From Microcystis aeruginosa NIES-843 (GTDB taxonomy: Bacteria; Cyanobacteriota; Cyanobacteriia; Cyanobacteriales; Microcystaceae), in assembly GCF_000010625.1 (NCBI RefSeq), contig NC_010296.1, forward strand, positions 690,001 through 722,000: 32,000 bases of DNA, read 5' to 3'. Shown piece after piece: positions 1 through 8,485 of the stretch. Position 1 is the first letter of the stretch; each line of letters starts with the position of its first letter. Position numbers and translations under genes: made by a program. The notes beneath the pieces are model-generated. The model did not search any database. It was given only the letters and a program-made list of their open reading frames with translations, and was not told the DNA's origin.

Positions 1-342
1 TATTGGGAAGACGAAAAAGCAAAACTACAAGCAAAATACAAACAAATTGATTTAGCTAAAACTAATAGTATCATGGCGACATTAAACTTGTATGATGAAA
101 TCAGGGGCAATATTGATAATCTAACTAATATTCTTAAAGATATGAATACTCTCAATATCGACTTACACCGCCAATCGGAATTTGCAGCTATGATTCAAAA
201 AGTAGAAACTAAACTTGCAGAGGATAGTCAAAAATTATCTAATCAATCTCCAGTCAAGTCAGAATCTAAATATACTATCCATGCCAAAAACGTCCAGATT
301 ATTGAAAAAGGTGATGGACAGATTCAGGATTCTAGTTCGTAG
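1..342 (+). CDS. Hypothetical coiled-coil protein, C-terminal part (5' end outside window)
   Basis: Frame 1 is open from nt 1 (YWEDEKAKLQAKYKQIDLAK...), so the ATG at 73 is probably internal. The sequence is K/E/L/N-rich and heptad-like. The tail KYTIHAKNVQIIEKGDGQIQ loosely resembles the motif in the ORFs at 1068 and 2256. No family recognised. Confidence 0.4.
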   Translation, partial: YWEDEKAKLQAKYKQIDLAKTNSIMATLNLYDEIRGNIDNLTNILKDMNTLNIDLHRQSEFAAMIQKVETKLAEDSQKLSNQSPVKSESKYTIHAKNVQIIEKGDGQIQDSSS

Positions 343-447
343 TTGTGCTTAAGCGGGTGCGTCTCGCATTTGCAGAAATACCGAAAACTTTTCGCCTTAA
401 AAGGCGAGGTTTTAAACCCGATTTTTTGATAACTTTTAATTGCTGAC

Positions 448-711
448 ATGACTAAATATCTAAACATTACTGAAACAGGACAAAAGCTGGTTGAATGGTC
501 TGAGCAAATGACTGACGAACCTATTATTATTACCAAAGAAGGTCAACCCATTATGGTTGCCCTGAATTACGCTCAAATTGAATCTTGGTTGGAAACTCTT
601 GATATTTTACAAGACAAAGAGTTTGCCGAAATCCTATCTGAAGCAATTCAACAGGATCAATCAGGACAAAGAATTACTTGGGAAGATGCTAAAAAACAAC
701 TCGGTTGGTAA
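448..711 (+). CDS. Type II antitoxin, Phd/YefM family
   Basis: 87 aa. The core EPIIITKEGQPIMVALNYAQIESWLETLDILQD is typical of Phd/YefM antitoxins. The stop TAA shares its last A with the downstream ATG (TAATG at 709-713). Confidence 0.8.
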   Translation: MTKYLNITETGQKLVEWSEQMTDEPIIITKEGQPIMVALNYAQIESWLETLDILQDKEFAEILSEAIQQDQSGQRITWEDAKKQLGW

Positions 712-1019
712 TGGAATATCAAATACAATTAATTCCTCTTGCTTTAAGCTTTTTATCTAAAATTACCGATAAACGCATTCAGCAAGAAATTCGCAAACGG
801 ATTGAAAAGCTAAAAATTGAACCAGATAAACAAGGTAAAGCCCTTTCAGGTAAACTTAAAGGATATCGTAGCGTTAGGGCAGTTGGTCAAAGATATCGGA
901 TTGTCTATCGTGTTGAAGAAGCTCAAATTATTGTTATTGTTATTGGAGTTGGAATTCGTAAACAAGGTGATAAAAAAGATATTTATGCCCTTCTTGAAAA
1001 ATTAATTAATAATGAATAA
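711..1019 (+). CDS. Type II toxin, RelE/ParE family
   Basis: The ATG at 711 is preferred over the track's TTG at 705. LSGKLKGYRSVRAVGQRYRIVYRVEEAQIIVIVIGVGIRKQG is the usual RelE/ParE core pattern. It overlaps the antitoxin by 1 nt. Confidence 0.8.
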   Translation: MEYQIQLIPLALSFLSKITDKRIQQEIRKRIEKLKIEPDKQGKALSGKLKGYRSVRAVGQRYRIVYRVEEAQIIVIVIGVGIRKQGDKKDIYALLEKLINNE

Positions 1020-1067
1020 AATATGGGTTATGACAGAACTGCTAAACCAATAGGTTCTTGCTGAATC

Positions 1068-1277
1068 GTGAGATATACACCTATTACTTTTTCAGAGATA
1101 GCCAGTTTTGGAGAGGATAGTCAAAATATTCCTGCTTCTTCTGAAAAAAACGCATCCCTATCATCTATTACCTATGATTTCAGAGGAGCTACCATTGGCA
1201 ATTTAGCTCATAATGTGCAAGGAAGCCAACAGAATTATCCCCAGCAACCTAATAACAATAACCCAGAGAAAAAATAA
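1068..1277 (+). CDS. Small hypothetical protein with pentapeptide-like YDFRGATIGNLAHNVQGSQQNY motif
   Basis: The only start is GTG, 3 nt after an in-frame stop. It ends 1 nt before the HEAT-gene ATG and overlaps the alternative HEAT start at 1213. The motif is paralogous to the one at 2265-2340. Weak coding evidence. Confidence 0.3.
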   Translation: MRYTPITFSEIASFGEDSQNIPASSEKNASLSSITYDFRGATIGNLAHNVQGSQQNYPQQPNNNNPEKK

Positions 1278-1278
1278 C

Positions 1279-1788
1279 ATGGTTCAGCAACTTAATAACA
1301 CCCAAATCGCCATCAATACTTTATTGAATAAACTCAACGATTCTCTCCCCCAGATCCGCGCTAAAGCTGCCGAAGCCTTGGGCAAAATTGGCAATAGCAG
1401 CCTTGCCGACACCTTAGTATCCCATTTAATAGGAGAAAATGATCTTAATGTTCGCCTAAATCTGATTCGAGCTTTAGGAGAAATTGGCAATGAATCCGCA
1501 ATTCCTTATCTAGCTTCCTGCTTATCTGATACTAATCCCGATATTCGGATAATCACGGCGGAATCTATCGGAAAAATTGGTAGTGAAAAAGCAATATCCT
1601 ATCTCATTCAATCCCTACAAGATACGGAAGTAAAAGTTCGTGTCACAGCCACAATTGCTTTAGGTGAAATTGGACTAGAAGATGTTATTCCTGATCTAGT
1701 AAATGTTTGTTCCGATGAAGATGATAGCGTTCGTTTCAGTGCTGTTGATGCCCTCGGTAAAATTGGCTCTCGTTATGCAGTAAACTGA
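1279..1788 (+). CDS. HEAT-repeat protein (PBS-lyase HEAT-like repeats)
   Basis: Five repeats of the pattern xxVRxxAAxALGxIGxxxAIxxLxxxLxD (for example IRAKAAEALGKIGNSS, VRLNLIRALGEIGNESAIPYL, VRVTATIALGEIGLEDVIPDL). The ATG at 1279 follows the upstream TAA by 1 nt. Confidence 0.75.
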   Translation: MVQQLNNTQIAINTLLNKLNDSLPQIRAKAAEALGKIGNSSLADTLVSHLIGENDLNVRLNLIRALGEIGNESAIPYLASCLSDTNPDIRIITAESIGKIGSEKAISYLIQSLQDTEVKVRVTATIALGEIGLEDVIPDLVNVCSDEDDSVRFSAVDALGKIGSRYAVN

Positions 1789-1789
1789 T

Positions 1790-1900
1790 ATGAAATTGAG
1801 TACAGAATCCCTCGATTTAATTATCAGAACTCTTGCCAAAAGACTATTCACAGACAAGAACCCAAGTATTCGGATTAAAGCCGCTCAATCCTTATTTTGA
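1790..1900 (+). pseudogene. Detached extra HEAT repeat in +1 frame (MKLSTESLDLIIRTLAKRLFTDKNPSIRIKAAQSLF)
   Basis: It begins 1 nt after the HEAT-gene stop (TGATATG) in a different frame and still encodes a DxNPxIRxxAAxSL HEAT unit. It ends at a palindromic repeat (1912-1928). This suggests a frameshifted or truncated 3' end of the HEAT gene. Confidence 0.3.
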
Positions 1901-1998
1901 TCCCCCTAAATCCCCCTTTTCAAGGGGGAATTGAATTCGACGTATCGCTTTCATTCAGAGAAATGTTCTCAGTTTTGCCATTATGGATGCTATAATTA

Positions 1999-2211
1999 GG
2001 GCTTGCTGAATAAATGTGAAATGTAGGCAAGATAGGGGTTTTGTGGCTTTTCTTGCGAAACAGGTGCAAGATTTTGAGAGAATCGTGCTTCAAAACCTTG
2101 CGTCTTCATCGGCCCGCGTCCTGTAGGGGCGAAGCATTCGGGCAATAACCTATCGGTGAAACCGGAGATTTTCTATCCGAATGCTTCGCCCGTACTTTTT
2201 GCCGCAAACCC
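1999..2211 (+). mobile_element. MITE copy A (213 bp) with 6-bp TSD TAATTA
   Basis: Termini are GGGCTTGCTGAATAAA ... TTTTTGCCGCAAACCC. It is flanked by TAATTA at 1993-1998 and 2212-2217, and is near identical to 14134-14345 and 20095-20306. No ORF inside. Confidence 0.85.
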
Positions 2212-2306
2212 TAATTATCATCAGTAATCTTCAATCTTTTAATCCTATGTCATAAACTCCTAAATATGACCTTCGTGGAGCAAATATTGCTAACTTTGCC
2301 GATACG

Positions 2307-2603
2307 GTGCAAGGAGATCAAAAAGCAGTTCAACATAATTACGCCACACCCCAAAATTTAGCTGAAGCCGCCCAAGAAATCCAACAACTTATCAGCCAAC
2401 TTACCCAAACTTATCCCACTAATACCGAAATTGAAAAACAAACTTTTGTCGCACAAGTTGACGCAGAAATCCAGAAAAATTCTCGCTTAAGAAGCATTTT
2501 AATCACGGGAGGAATTGAATTAATTAAAGTCCTCTGTCCTCCCCTCGGTATTCCCATTGAAATGGGTAAAAAATGGCTAGAAACTGCTAATTTAAGTGAT
2601 TAA
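2307..2603 (+). CDS. Tail domain of a cyanobacterial pentapeptide-repeat-type small protein (start uncertain, possibly 5'-degraded)
   Basis: The frame is open from 2256 (TPKYDLRGANIANFADTVQGDQKAVQHNYATPQNLAEAAQEIQQLISQLTQTYPTNTEIEK...) with no in-frame ATG. The first start is GTG at 2307. I recall this NLAEAAxEIQQL...TYP tail following pentapeptide repeats in many cyanobacterial proteins (from memory, not searched). Confidence 0.45.
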   Translation: MQGDQKAVQHNYATPQNLAEAAQEIQQLISQLTQTYPTNTEIEKQTFVAQVDAEIQKNSRLRSILITGGIELIKVLCPPLGIPIEMGKKWLETANLSD

Positions 2604-2774
2604 ACCTAGAGGTTTAATAATCTTCTAATGATACAAATCCCGAAGTCCGCCGCTGATGCGTTTCATTTTTGAATTAGCACAATTATAACCATAAGTCAAG
2701 CTTTTTTGATGATAATTAACTTTTTTGTTGGTGATATTTTGACCTTGTTCTGGTATTGGAGACAACCAGTATTT

Positions 2775-3353
2775 CTATTCTAATAAAGTCTCTTTAATTG
2801 TTGTTAAAACTTTGCTATCTTTGACCATCCAAGCATGGAGCAATACGGGAATCGAAATTTCTTTACCCACCGATAAACGGGAACTATGGGCAGGAAATAT
2901 CATTAAATCGTAGGGAGTCCAGATAATTGTGGTTTTAATTTTATTTAAAATTTGTTGACAATCTTGATTTAAATCCTCTAGAAATTGACTCCCGGGCTGC
3001 ATTTGTCTAATCCCATCTAAGGGTAAACTATACGCGGTTAACGTGCCTCGATTCGGAGCAGAAATATTTAGGTAACGTTGCACTCTTTCCACTCCTCCCA
3101 ATCTTTGCAGGTAGTAGCGGGTAATTAATCCTCCCATACTAAACCCAATCAGATCTACTTTCTGCTCTTTAGCAAAGTTTTTCTCGATATAATTGTCCAC
3201 CTGACCGGCTAAAACTTCTAACTTTTCGTAACCATGATTGGGAATTAGATTAAAACTATGCACCTGCCAACCATGATAGTTTAAATACTCGCTCATCGGT
3301 TTAAAAACAGCCGTAGTGGCTAGAAAACCATGCACCAAAACAACGGGATTCAT
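2775..3353 (-). CDS. Alpha/beta hydrolase, lipase/esterase family
   Basis: 192 aa. It has an N-terminal VVLVHGF oxyanion-type motif, a GFSMGG nucleophile elbow (GxSxG) and His near the C-terminus (LLHAW). It resembles small class-2 lipases. Confidence 0.8.
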   Translation of the reverse strand: MNPVVLVHGFLATTAVFKPMSEYLNYHGWQVHSFNLIPNHGYEKLEVLAGQVDNYIEKNFAKEQKVDLIGFSMGGLITRYYLQRLGGVERVQRYLNISAPNRGTLTAYSLPLDGIRQMQPGSQFLEDLNQDCQQILNKIKTTIIWTPYDLMIFPAHSSRLSVGKEISIPVLLHAWMVKDSKVLTTIKETLLE

Positions 3354-3462
3354 AGATGAGATTTTATCCTTGAATTCTGAATCTATTCTAACGGATGATC
3401 GGGGTAATGAGCGAAAAATTTTGGGGAAGAGCCTATCTACTAGGTACGGCTACCGGCAACTT

Positions 3463-3861
3463 CTAAGGATTAGGGAAAAAACCAAAAAGTTTAGCGGCAC
3501 CTCCTAAAATAGCGACCACCAATGCTATCAGAATCCCTCGATTGGTGAATTCCTGATAGGCAACCCTTGCAGTTAATCCATTGATTTTTTCGTCTAAAGC
3601 TTTAATATCTCCCTTGAGTTCGGCCTGTCCTATTTCTACTTTAGTTAACCGGTCTTCTACCTTGTCAAATCTCTCGTCAATACGGTTTTCCAGAGAGTCG
3701 ATTTTCTCATCAATACGTTTTTCCAGAGAGTCGATTTTCTCGTCAATACGTTTTTCCAGAGAGTCGATTTTCTCGTCAATACGTTTTTCCAGAGAGTCGA
3801 TTTTCCCCTCAATCCTTGTCAGGACAGCTTCTAGGGAATAAGTGACAGTTTCGTTAGACAT
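3463..3861 (-). CDS. Tail-anchored coiled-coil protein with 11-aa tandem repeats (XhlA-like architecture)
   Basis: The ATG at 3861 (GGAG 11 nt upstream) is preferred over the TTG at 3876. KIDSLEKRIDE is repeated four times. The C-terminal hydrophobic helix is GILIALVVAILGGAAKLFGFF. Confidence 0.65.
   Translation of the reverse strand: MSNETVTYSLEAVLTRIEGKIDSLEKRIDEKIDSLEKRIDEKIDSLEKRIDEKIDSLENRIDERFDKVEDRLTKVEIGQAELKGDIKALDEKINGLTARVAYQEFTNRGILIALVVAILGGAAKLFGFFPNP
3673..3804. repeat. Four tandem 33-bp units inside the coiled-coil CDS
   Basis: The unit CTCGTCAATACGTTTTTCCAGAGAGTCGATTTT occurs at 3673, 3706, 3739 and 3772. The last two copies are identical and the first two differ by 1 nt each. 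It is in frame (11 codons). Confidence 0.9.
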
Positions 3862-3966
3862 TTTAAGCAACTCCAAAAGTCAAATCTTCAGGGGTAAATA
3901 CTGGAGGCTATATTTTACGGAAAAATCAGGGGTCTATAGGCGTACACGGATTCCCATTATAAGAAA

Positions 3967-3996
3967 ATTATAAGTCAAGACTTGAGTTTTTGTCAA
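3967..3996 (-). promoter_or_regulatory. Sigma70-type promoter candidate for the coiled-coil gene
   Basis: On the minus strand: TTGACA (3996-3991), an 18-nt spacer, then TATAAT (3972-3967), about 100 nt upstream of the ATG. Confidence 0.4.
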
Positions 3997-4041
3997 GCTT
4001 TTTTTTGACGGCAATCAATGGCAAGAATTTCGGGGAAGTAT

Positions 4042-5532
4042 TTAGCCACCGATGCCTAACCGTCCCGCTAAACTAGGGCTTAAAGGAATCAGAGTCGCCA
4101 ACATTAAAAAGAGTAGTAATAAACCCCAACCGGCGCGGGTGTCATCGGGTTCGGTTAACTCGTTTAAACTCGGTCTTTCCAACTCTCTTTGTAAAAAAGC
4201 GACTAAAATTGTCCAATAGAGAGGAATCGGATTACTGGGATTAACTAAGGAAATAATGCCCAAAATGACCAAAGTGGCCACAGTGGTGCGGCGGGCAATT
4301 TTGCGACCATAAATAGCCTGAACAATTCTGCCACCATCTAACTGTCCAGCAGGCAGTAAATTAAGGGCGGTAATCACCAATCCTAACCAACCGATAACAG
4401 TTAAAGGATGCACGGAGATAACAGCATTTTGTAACTCGTCGCCCAAAACTATCCGCGCTAAAAAACTCACTAAAATTGAACTTTGGAAAAAGGTACTAGG
4501 GATTTGAAAAAGGCTGGCAGAATTAGATAAAGTCAGTCCAACGATTAACAAGATTAAAGAAACCAAACCGCCCAAAGCAGGACCAGCGAAAGCTATATCA
4601 AATAGAACACTGCGGTTAGGTAATAAAGATTCAAAACGAGTAATCGCCCCAAAAGAACCAATCTGCCAAGTGGGAAGAAAATAGGGTAAACTGAGACGAA
4701 CATTATGGCGTTTAGCGATAATTAGATGACCGATTTCGTGGGCAATTAATACCGACCATAAACCCAAACTCAGGGGAATTGCTTCTCGATATCTCTGCCA
4801 ATTACCAAACAAATCAAAACCCAATAAAATTCCAGCCGCTTCTAAGCTAGTGACAATGGTGGCTACTAACAAAACTAAAGAGAGATTTTTTTGAGCAAGA
4901 GTGGCAGGACTAGGATCGTTAGTTTTGGGAAGGATAATTACCACAGGTTTTTCCTCGGTTCCTTCCACCAGAAATAAACGATATTTGTCGCCAAAATTAT
5001 TACTTAATTTCTGGGTTAAGCGAGAGTGAACGATATCCGGGTCTCCCCGTAAATTGCCTTTAAAAATTGCCCCTTCCTGAAAAGAGATAGTTTCGGTGGC
5101 AAAAAAAGTATCTATCGCAAAAATACTCTGAATAACTTTTAAATCCTCTTCGGGAATTGGCATCACATCCGGCACAATTGCTGTCACCGCTGCCGGGATT
5201 TCTAGAGGAGTAACGGACTGGCTAACTGCCTGGTTAACTTTCGGTTCAATTATCTGATTGGTTTTCAGTAAGCGTAAACGGTTGCCCAAATAAATATAGA
5301 TAATGGTGGAAGCAACCAGTAAAAAGAGAATTACCGCTAGATTGAGATAAATTCCCGCCGCAAATAGCCCGAAAAAAATTAACCAAGGAGCTATGAGTAC
5401 CAAGGATTGTAACCAAGCTAAAATTCCCAGTTGGCCGTAGGGTTTAGCTCGATAAAAACTCCAAGTCAAGATAGCACCAGCGACGAGGAAAATAACAGCG
5501 ACCGCAGCAATTTCCGAAGAAATATTAACCAT
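4042..5532 (-). CDS. Site-2 protease family (M50) membrane metalloprotease, EGY-like
   Basis: 496 aa with multiple TM segments. It has the HEIGH zinc motif (HExxH) and the NLLPAGQLDGGRI second M50 motif. Confidence 0.85.
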   Translation of the reverse strand: MVNISSEIAAVAVIFLVAGAILTWSFYRAKPYGQLGILAWLQSLVLIAPWLIFFGLFAAGIYLNLAVILFLLVASTIIYIYLGNRLRLLKTNQIIEPKVNQAVSQSVTPLEIPAAVTAIVPDVMPIPEEDLKVIQSIFAIDTFFATETISFQEGAIFKGNLRGDPDIVHSRLTQKLSNNFGDKYRLFLVEGTEEKPVVIILPKTNDPSPATLAQKNLSLVLLVATIVTSLEAAGILLGFDLFGNWQRYREAIPLSLGLWSVLIAHEIGHLIIAKRHNVRLSLPYFLPTWQIGSFGAITRFESLLPNRSVLFDIAFAGPALGGLVSLILLIVGLTLSNSASLFQIPSTFFQSSILVSFLARIVLGDELQNAVISVHPLTVIGWLGLVITALNLLPAGQLDGGRIVQAIYGRKIARRTTVATLVILGIISLVNPSNPIPLYWTILVAFLQRELERPSLNELTEPDDTRAGWGLLLLFLMLATLIPLSPSLAGRLGIGG

Positions 5533-5559
5533 AGGAAAGTCAAAATCAATAGGTTTTTA

Positions 5560-6480
5560 TCAATCAATTTGATTATAAGCTTGCAGGGCGGCCCGTAATT
5601 GACCCCGATGCTTTTGTAACAATTCTTGTCCTGCCGCCGCCGAAAGTCCCGTTTTCTGCATTAACAAAGCCAGTTTAACCCGGCGGCCACTTTTTTCCAG
5701 TAAAATAGCCGCTTCCTCGCGACTAACATCGGTAAGGTGGCAGATAATCCGCAGGGCGCGGTCATGGAGTTTATGATTAGTAACTGCCACATCGACCATC
5801 TGGTTGCCGTAAACCTTGCCTAACATGACCATTGTCCCTGTGGAAAGGATATTTAAAGCCATTTTCGTCACCGTTCCCGCTTTCAGCCGTGTGGAGCCGG
5901 CCAAAAGTTCCGGTCCAGTCAATAACCGGATATCCACATCCACCGCGATCTCCACTTGTTCGGCGGGGACACAACTAATAGCAATCGTCGTCGCACCCCG
6001 CTGTTTTGCCGCCTGTAAAGCCCCGTGAACGTAGGGGGTTGTCCCCCCGGCGGTAATCCCCACTACCACGTCTAATTCGTGAATTTCTCGCTGGGCAATA
6101 ATCGCCGCCCCATCTTCCGCTTTATCCTCCAAATCTTCGGAACTACGCACCAGCGCCGCCGCTCCACCAGCAATAATTCCCTGTACCAATTCCGGGGGAG
6201 TGCAGAAGGTGGGAGGACATTCGGCCGCGTCCAAAACCCCCAGCCGGCCACTGGTTCCTGCTCCAATGTAAAAGAGTCTACCACCTTTAGCCAGAGCTTG
6301 ACTGGTCAGGGAGATCCCTAGGGCCAATTCTTGCCGGGCCATGGCGATCGCTTTTAGGGTTTGGGCATCCTCCCGATTGAACAGATCCACCAATTCGAGC
6401 GGGTTTAATTGGTCTAAATTTAGGCTGTTTGGATTAATTTGTTCGGTTAACAGGTGTCCTCTGCTTTCCCACTGTTCCAT
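5560..6480 (-). CDS. murQ: N-acetylmuramic acid 6-phosphate etherase
   Basis: 306 aa with a SIS domain. LTEQINPNSLNLDQL..., GGRLFYIGAGTSGRLGVLDAAECPPTF and a C-terminal UBA-like tail are typical of MurQ. Confidence 0.9.
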   Translation of the reverse strand: MEQWESRGHLLTEQINPNSLNLDQLNPLELVDLFNREDAQTLKAIAMARQELALGISLTSQALAKGGRLFYIGAGTSGRLGVLDAAECPPTFCTPPELVQGIIAGGAAALVRSSEDLEDKAEDGAAIIAQREIHELDVVVGITAGGTTPYVHGALQAAKQRGATTIAISCVPAEQVEIAVDVDIRLLTGPELLAGSTRLKAGTVTKMALNILSTGTMVMLGKVYGNQMVDVAVTNHKLHDRALRIICHLTDVSREEAAILLEKSGRRVKLALLMQKTGLSAAAGQELLQKHRGQLRAALQAYNQID

Positions 6481-6544
6481 AACGGTTTAATTGAGTTTTT
6501 CGTAAGATTATTTTCAGTATATAGCGAATCGGTGGGCTAAAAGC

Positions 6545-6574
6545 TTGACAATTGCCCCCTAGATATTAGATAAT
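6545..6574 (+). promoter_or_regulatory. Sigma70-type promoter candidate for rplU-rpmA
   Basis: TTGACA (6545-6550), an 18-nt spacer, then GATAAT (6569-6574). This would leave a leader of about 95 nt before rplU. Confidence 0.4.
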
Positions 6575-6675
6575 AGTAAATTGTGTCAATTCCTGCTCGG
6601 ATCAGGTGAGGACATTAGCACAAAAGCTGGAATTTTTTTCAGCTACCTGTACGGCAAAACGAGCGCAGAAAATTC

Positions 6676-7065
6676 ATGAGTTACGCAATTATTGAGACCG
6701 GTGGCAAACAGATTCGGGTGGAACCCGGTCGCTATTACGATATCGAACTTCTTCCCGTCGATGAACAAAGTACCCATACCATCGACAAAGTGCTATTAAT
6801 CCATGATGAGGATGATATTAGCATCGGTCAACCCTTTATCGAAGGGGCCACCGTCGAAGGCACTGTCATACAACATCGTCGGGGCAAAAAAGTTATTGTT
6901 TATAAAATGCGCCCGAAAAAGAAAACCCGTAAAAAACGCGGTCATCGTCAAGAAATTACCCGTTTTATGATTGATTCAATCAATTATAACGGTAAAACCC
7001 TAGTCGCCACTGCTGCTACCTCCAGCGCTGAAGTTGTGGAAGATAGTAGCGATGAAGAAGAATAA
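6676..7065 (+). CDS. rplU: 50S ribosomal protein L21
   Basis: [24 protein letters not shown]... is a canonical L21 N-terminus. It carries a C-terminal acidic extension (SSDEEE). Confidence 0.95.
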   Translation: MSYAIIETGGKQIRVEPGRYYDIELLPVDEQSTHTIDKVLLIHDEDDISIGQPFIEGATVEGTVIQHRRGKKVIVYKMRPKKKTRKKRGHRQEITRFMIDSINYNGKTLVATAATSSAEVVEDSSDEEE

Positions 7066-7099
7066 CTTTTAGAATCAAAAAAGCATTTGGAGAGAAATT

Positions 7100-7369
7100 A
7101 TGGCTCATAAGAAAGGTACGGGTAGTACCCGCAACGGACGCGATTCTCGTTCCCAGAGACTAGGCGTTAAGCGCTACGGTGGTCAAGTGGTAAAAGCGGG
7201 AAATATTCTCATCCGTCAACGGGGTACTAAAGTTCACCCGGGTAAAAATGTTGGTCGTGGTGGCGATGATACTTTATTCGCTTTAATTGATGGTGTGGTC
7301 AAATTTGAATACAAGGATAAAAGTCGCCGTCAAGTTAGCGTTTATCCTGCTGAAGTTAGCGCCAGTTAA
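7100..7369 (+). CDS. rpmA: 50S ribosomal protein L27
   Basis: [29 protein letters not shown] is the canonical L27 N-terminus. GGAGAG lies 8 nt upstream. Confidence 0.95.
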   Translation: MAHKKGTGSTRNGRDSRSQRLGVKRYGGQVVKAGNILIRQRGTKVHPGKNVGRGGDDTLFALIDGVVKFEYKDKSRRQVSVYPAEVSAS

Positions 7370-7400
7370 TCCCATCAACCCTGATTAATTTTTTCCCTGT

Positions 7401-7431
7401 AACCTCCTAACTCATCCTAGGGGGTTTTTTC
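7401..7431 (+). terminator. Rho-independent terminator of rplU-rpmA
   Basis: The 9-bp stem AACCTCCTA / TAGGGGGTT contains one G-U pair and has an 8-nt loop. It is followed by a T run (7425-7430). Confidence 0.6.
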
Positions 7432-7447
7432 AGATAATTTATATCTG

Positions 7448-7477
7448 TTGACAGGGTAGATCGATCGCTCATAGATT
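7448..7477 (+). promoter_or_regulatory. Promoter candidate for the PhyH-family gene
   Basis: TTGACA (7448-7453), an 18-nt spacer, then TAGATT (7472-7477). The ATG is 40 nt downstream. Confidence 0.35.
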
Positions 7478-7516
7478 AAAATAGTCCGAAAGTAGCTCGG
7501 AAAAGATGGACTCACC

Positions 7517-8449
7517 ATGATTCTTAAAATTGCCGATATCTTAAAAAATTTGCCCTGGTCTTTCAATTCTACTGCCGAATTACCCTGGTTAGAGCGATCG
7601 CAAGCGGAAAAATCCCTGCAAAAAGCTCGTCAACAACGGCGAATTTCCGAACGAGAATATCAACTCCTTGACCATTGGCGAGAATTGGGTTATTGTATTG
7701 TCAAAGATTTAATTCCCGCAACGGCGATCGATAATTTAGTAGCAGAATTAGCCGATTTATTTTTCCTAGAATCGGCTATCCCTGGATTAAGAATTGAAGG
7801 CATTCAAGCAGAAAATCTACCGGCGAGTTTAAGTCACGATCAAGTTTTAGCCCTAGATATCGAGCAAAGAAAAGCCTTAGTCAATTCTATTTGGCGACTT
7901 CATGGTTTTCATGAGATTTCCCCCGCCGCTCAAGCAATTTTTGACAATCAAAATCTGAAAGATTTAGTTAATTTAATTATTGGCAAATCCTGCGAACCGA
8001 GATATTCCATCAACTTCCTGCACGGTACAGAGCAGGGGCTGCACGAGGATATGGCAGTTTTTTATGTTCATCCGGCTAATCATTTAGTCGGTGTTTGGAT
8101 TGCCTTGGAAGATATTTCCGCCGATGCTGGGCCGCTAATTTTTTATCCTAAATCTCATAAAAATATCAAAGTAACTGACTTTTTTCCAGACTATCCCGCC
8201 GTCAATCTTAAAAATATTACTGCCGCTCAAATTCCCCAATACCAAGATTATGTTAACCAGCGCGCTCAGAATTATGACTGTCAATCATTTACTGCTAAAA
8301 AAGGAGAGATTCTTCTCTGGCACGGAATGTTAATTCATGGTGGTGGGAAGATTAATAATACCCTGCTAACCCGTAAATCGATGGTCATTCATTTTATTGC
8401 CGAGGGTGGCGATTACAACGATCGGGCTTTGGGACCTTTTAATTGGTAA
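7517..8449 (+). CDS. Phytanoyl-CoA dioxygenase (PhyH) family Fe(II)/2-oxoglutarate oxygenase
   Basis: 310 aa. It has the HxD iron motif in GLHEDMAVF and the distal His in LLWHGMLIHGG. Overall the pattern is PhyH-like. Confidence 0.8.
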   Translation: MILKIADILKNLPWSFNSTAELPWLERSQAEKSLQKARQQRRISEREYQLLDHWRELGYCIVKDLIPATAIDNLVAELADLFFLESAIPGLRIEGIQAENLPASLSHDQVLALDIEQRKALVNSIWRLHGFHEISPAAQAIFDNQNLKDLVNLIIGKSCEPRYSINFLHGTEQGLHEDMAVFYVHPANHLVGVWIALEDISADAGPLIFYPKSHKNIKVTDFFPDYPAVNLKNITAAQIPQYQDYVNQRAQNYDCQSFTAKKGEILLWHGMLIHGGGKINNTLLTRKSMVIHFIAEGGDYNDRALGPFNW

Positions 8450-8485
8450 GATTAATTTACCACTAATAACTCGGAAATAATCGGA

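Noticed and set aside
1213-1278. The track start at 1213 for the HEAT-repeat gene.
   Set aside because: It adds 22 non-HEAT residues and overlaps the upstream ORF. The ATG at 1279, placed 1 nt after the upstream TAA, is more plausible. The 1213 start is not excluded.
3581-3841. The plus-strand 86-aa ORF with repeated SIRFSRESIFS.
   Set aside because: It is the antisense translation of the 33-bp repeats in the coiled-coil gene. The minus-strand frame gives a coherent coiled coil, TM protein and SD.
5777-6321. Four extra ORFs on both strands within murQ.
   Set aside because: They are off-frame or antisense products of a relatively GC-rich, stop-poor gene. The murQ frame has an unambiguous family match.
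6593-6668. Nested helices in the rplU leader (CTGCTCG/CGAGCGCAG, CAGGT/ACCTG, AGCTG/CAGCT) could be a ribosomal-protein autoregulatory leader.
   Set aside because: Each stem is only 5-7 bp and one has a bulge. No covariation evidence is available from a single sequence, so this cannot be told apart from chance pairing.
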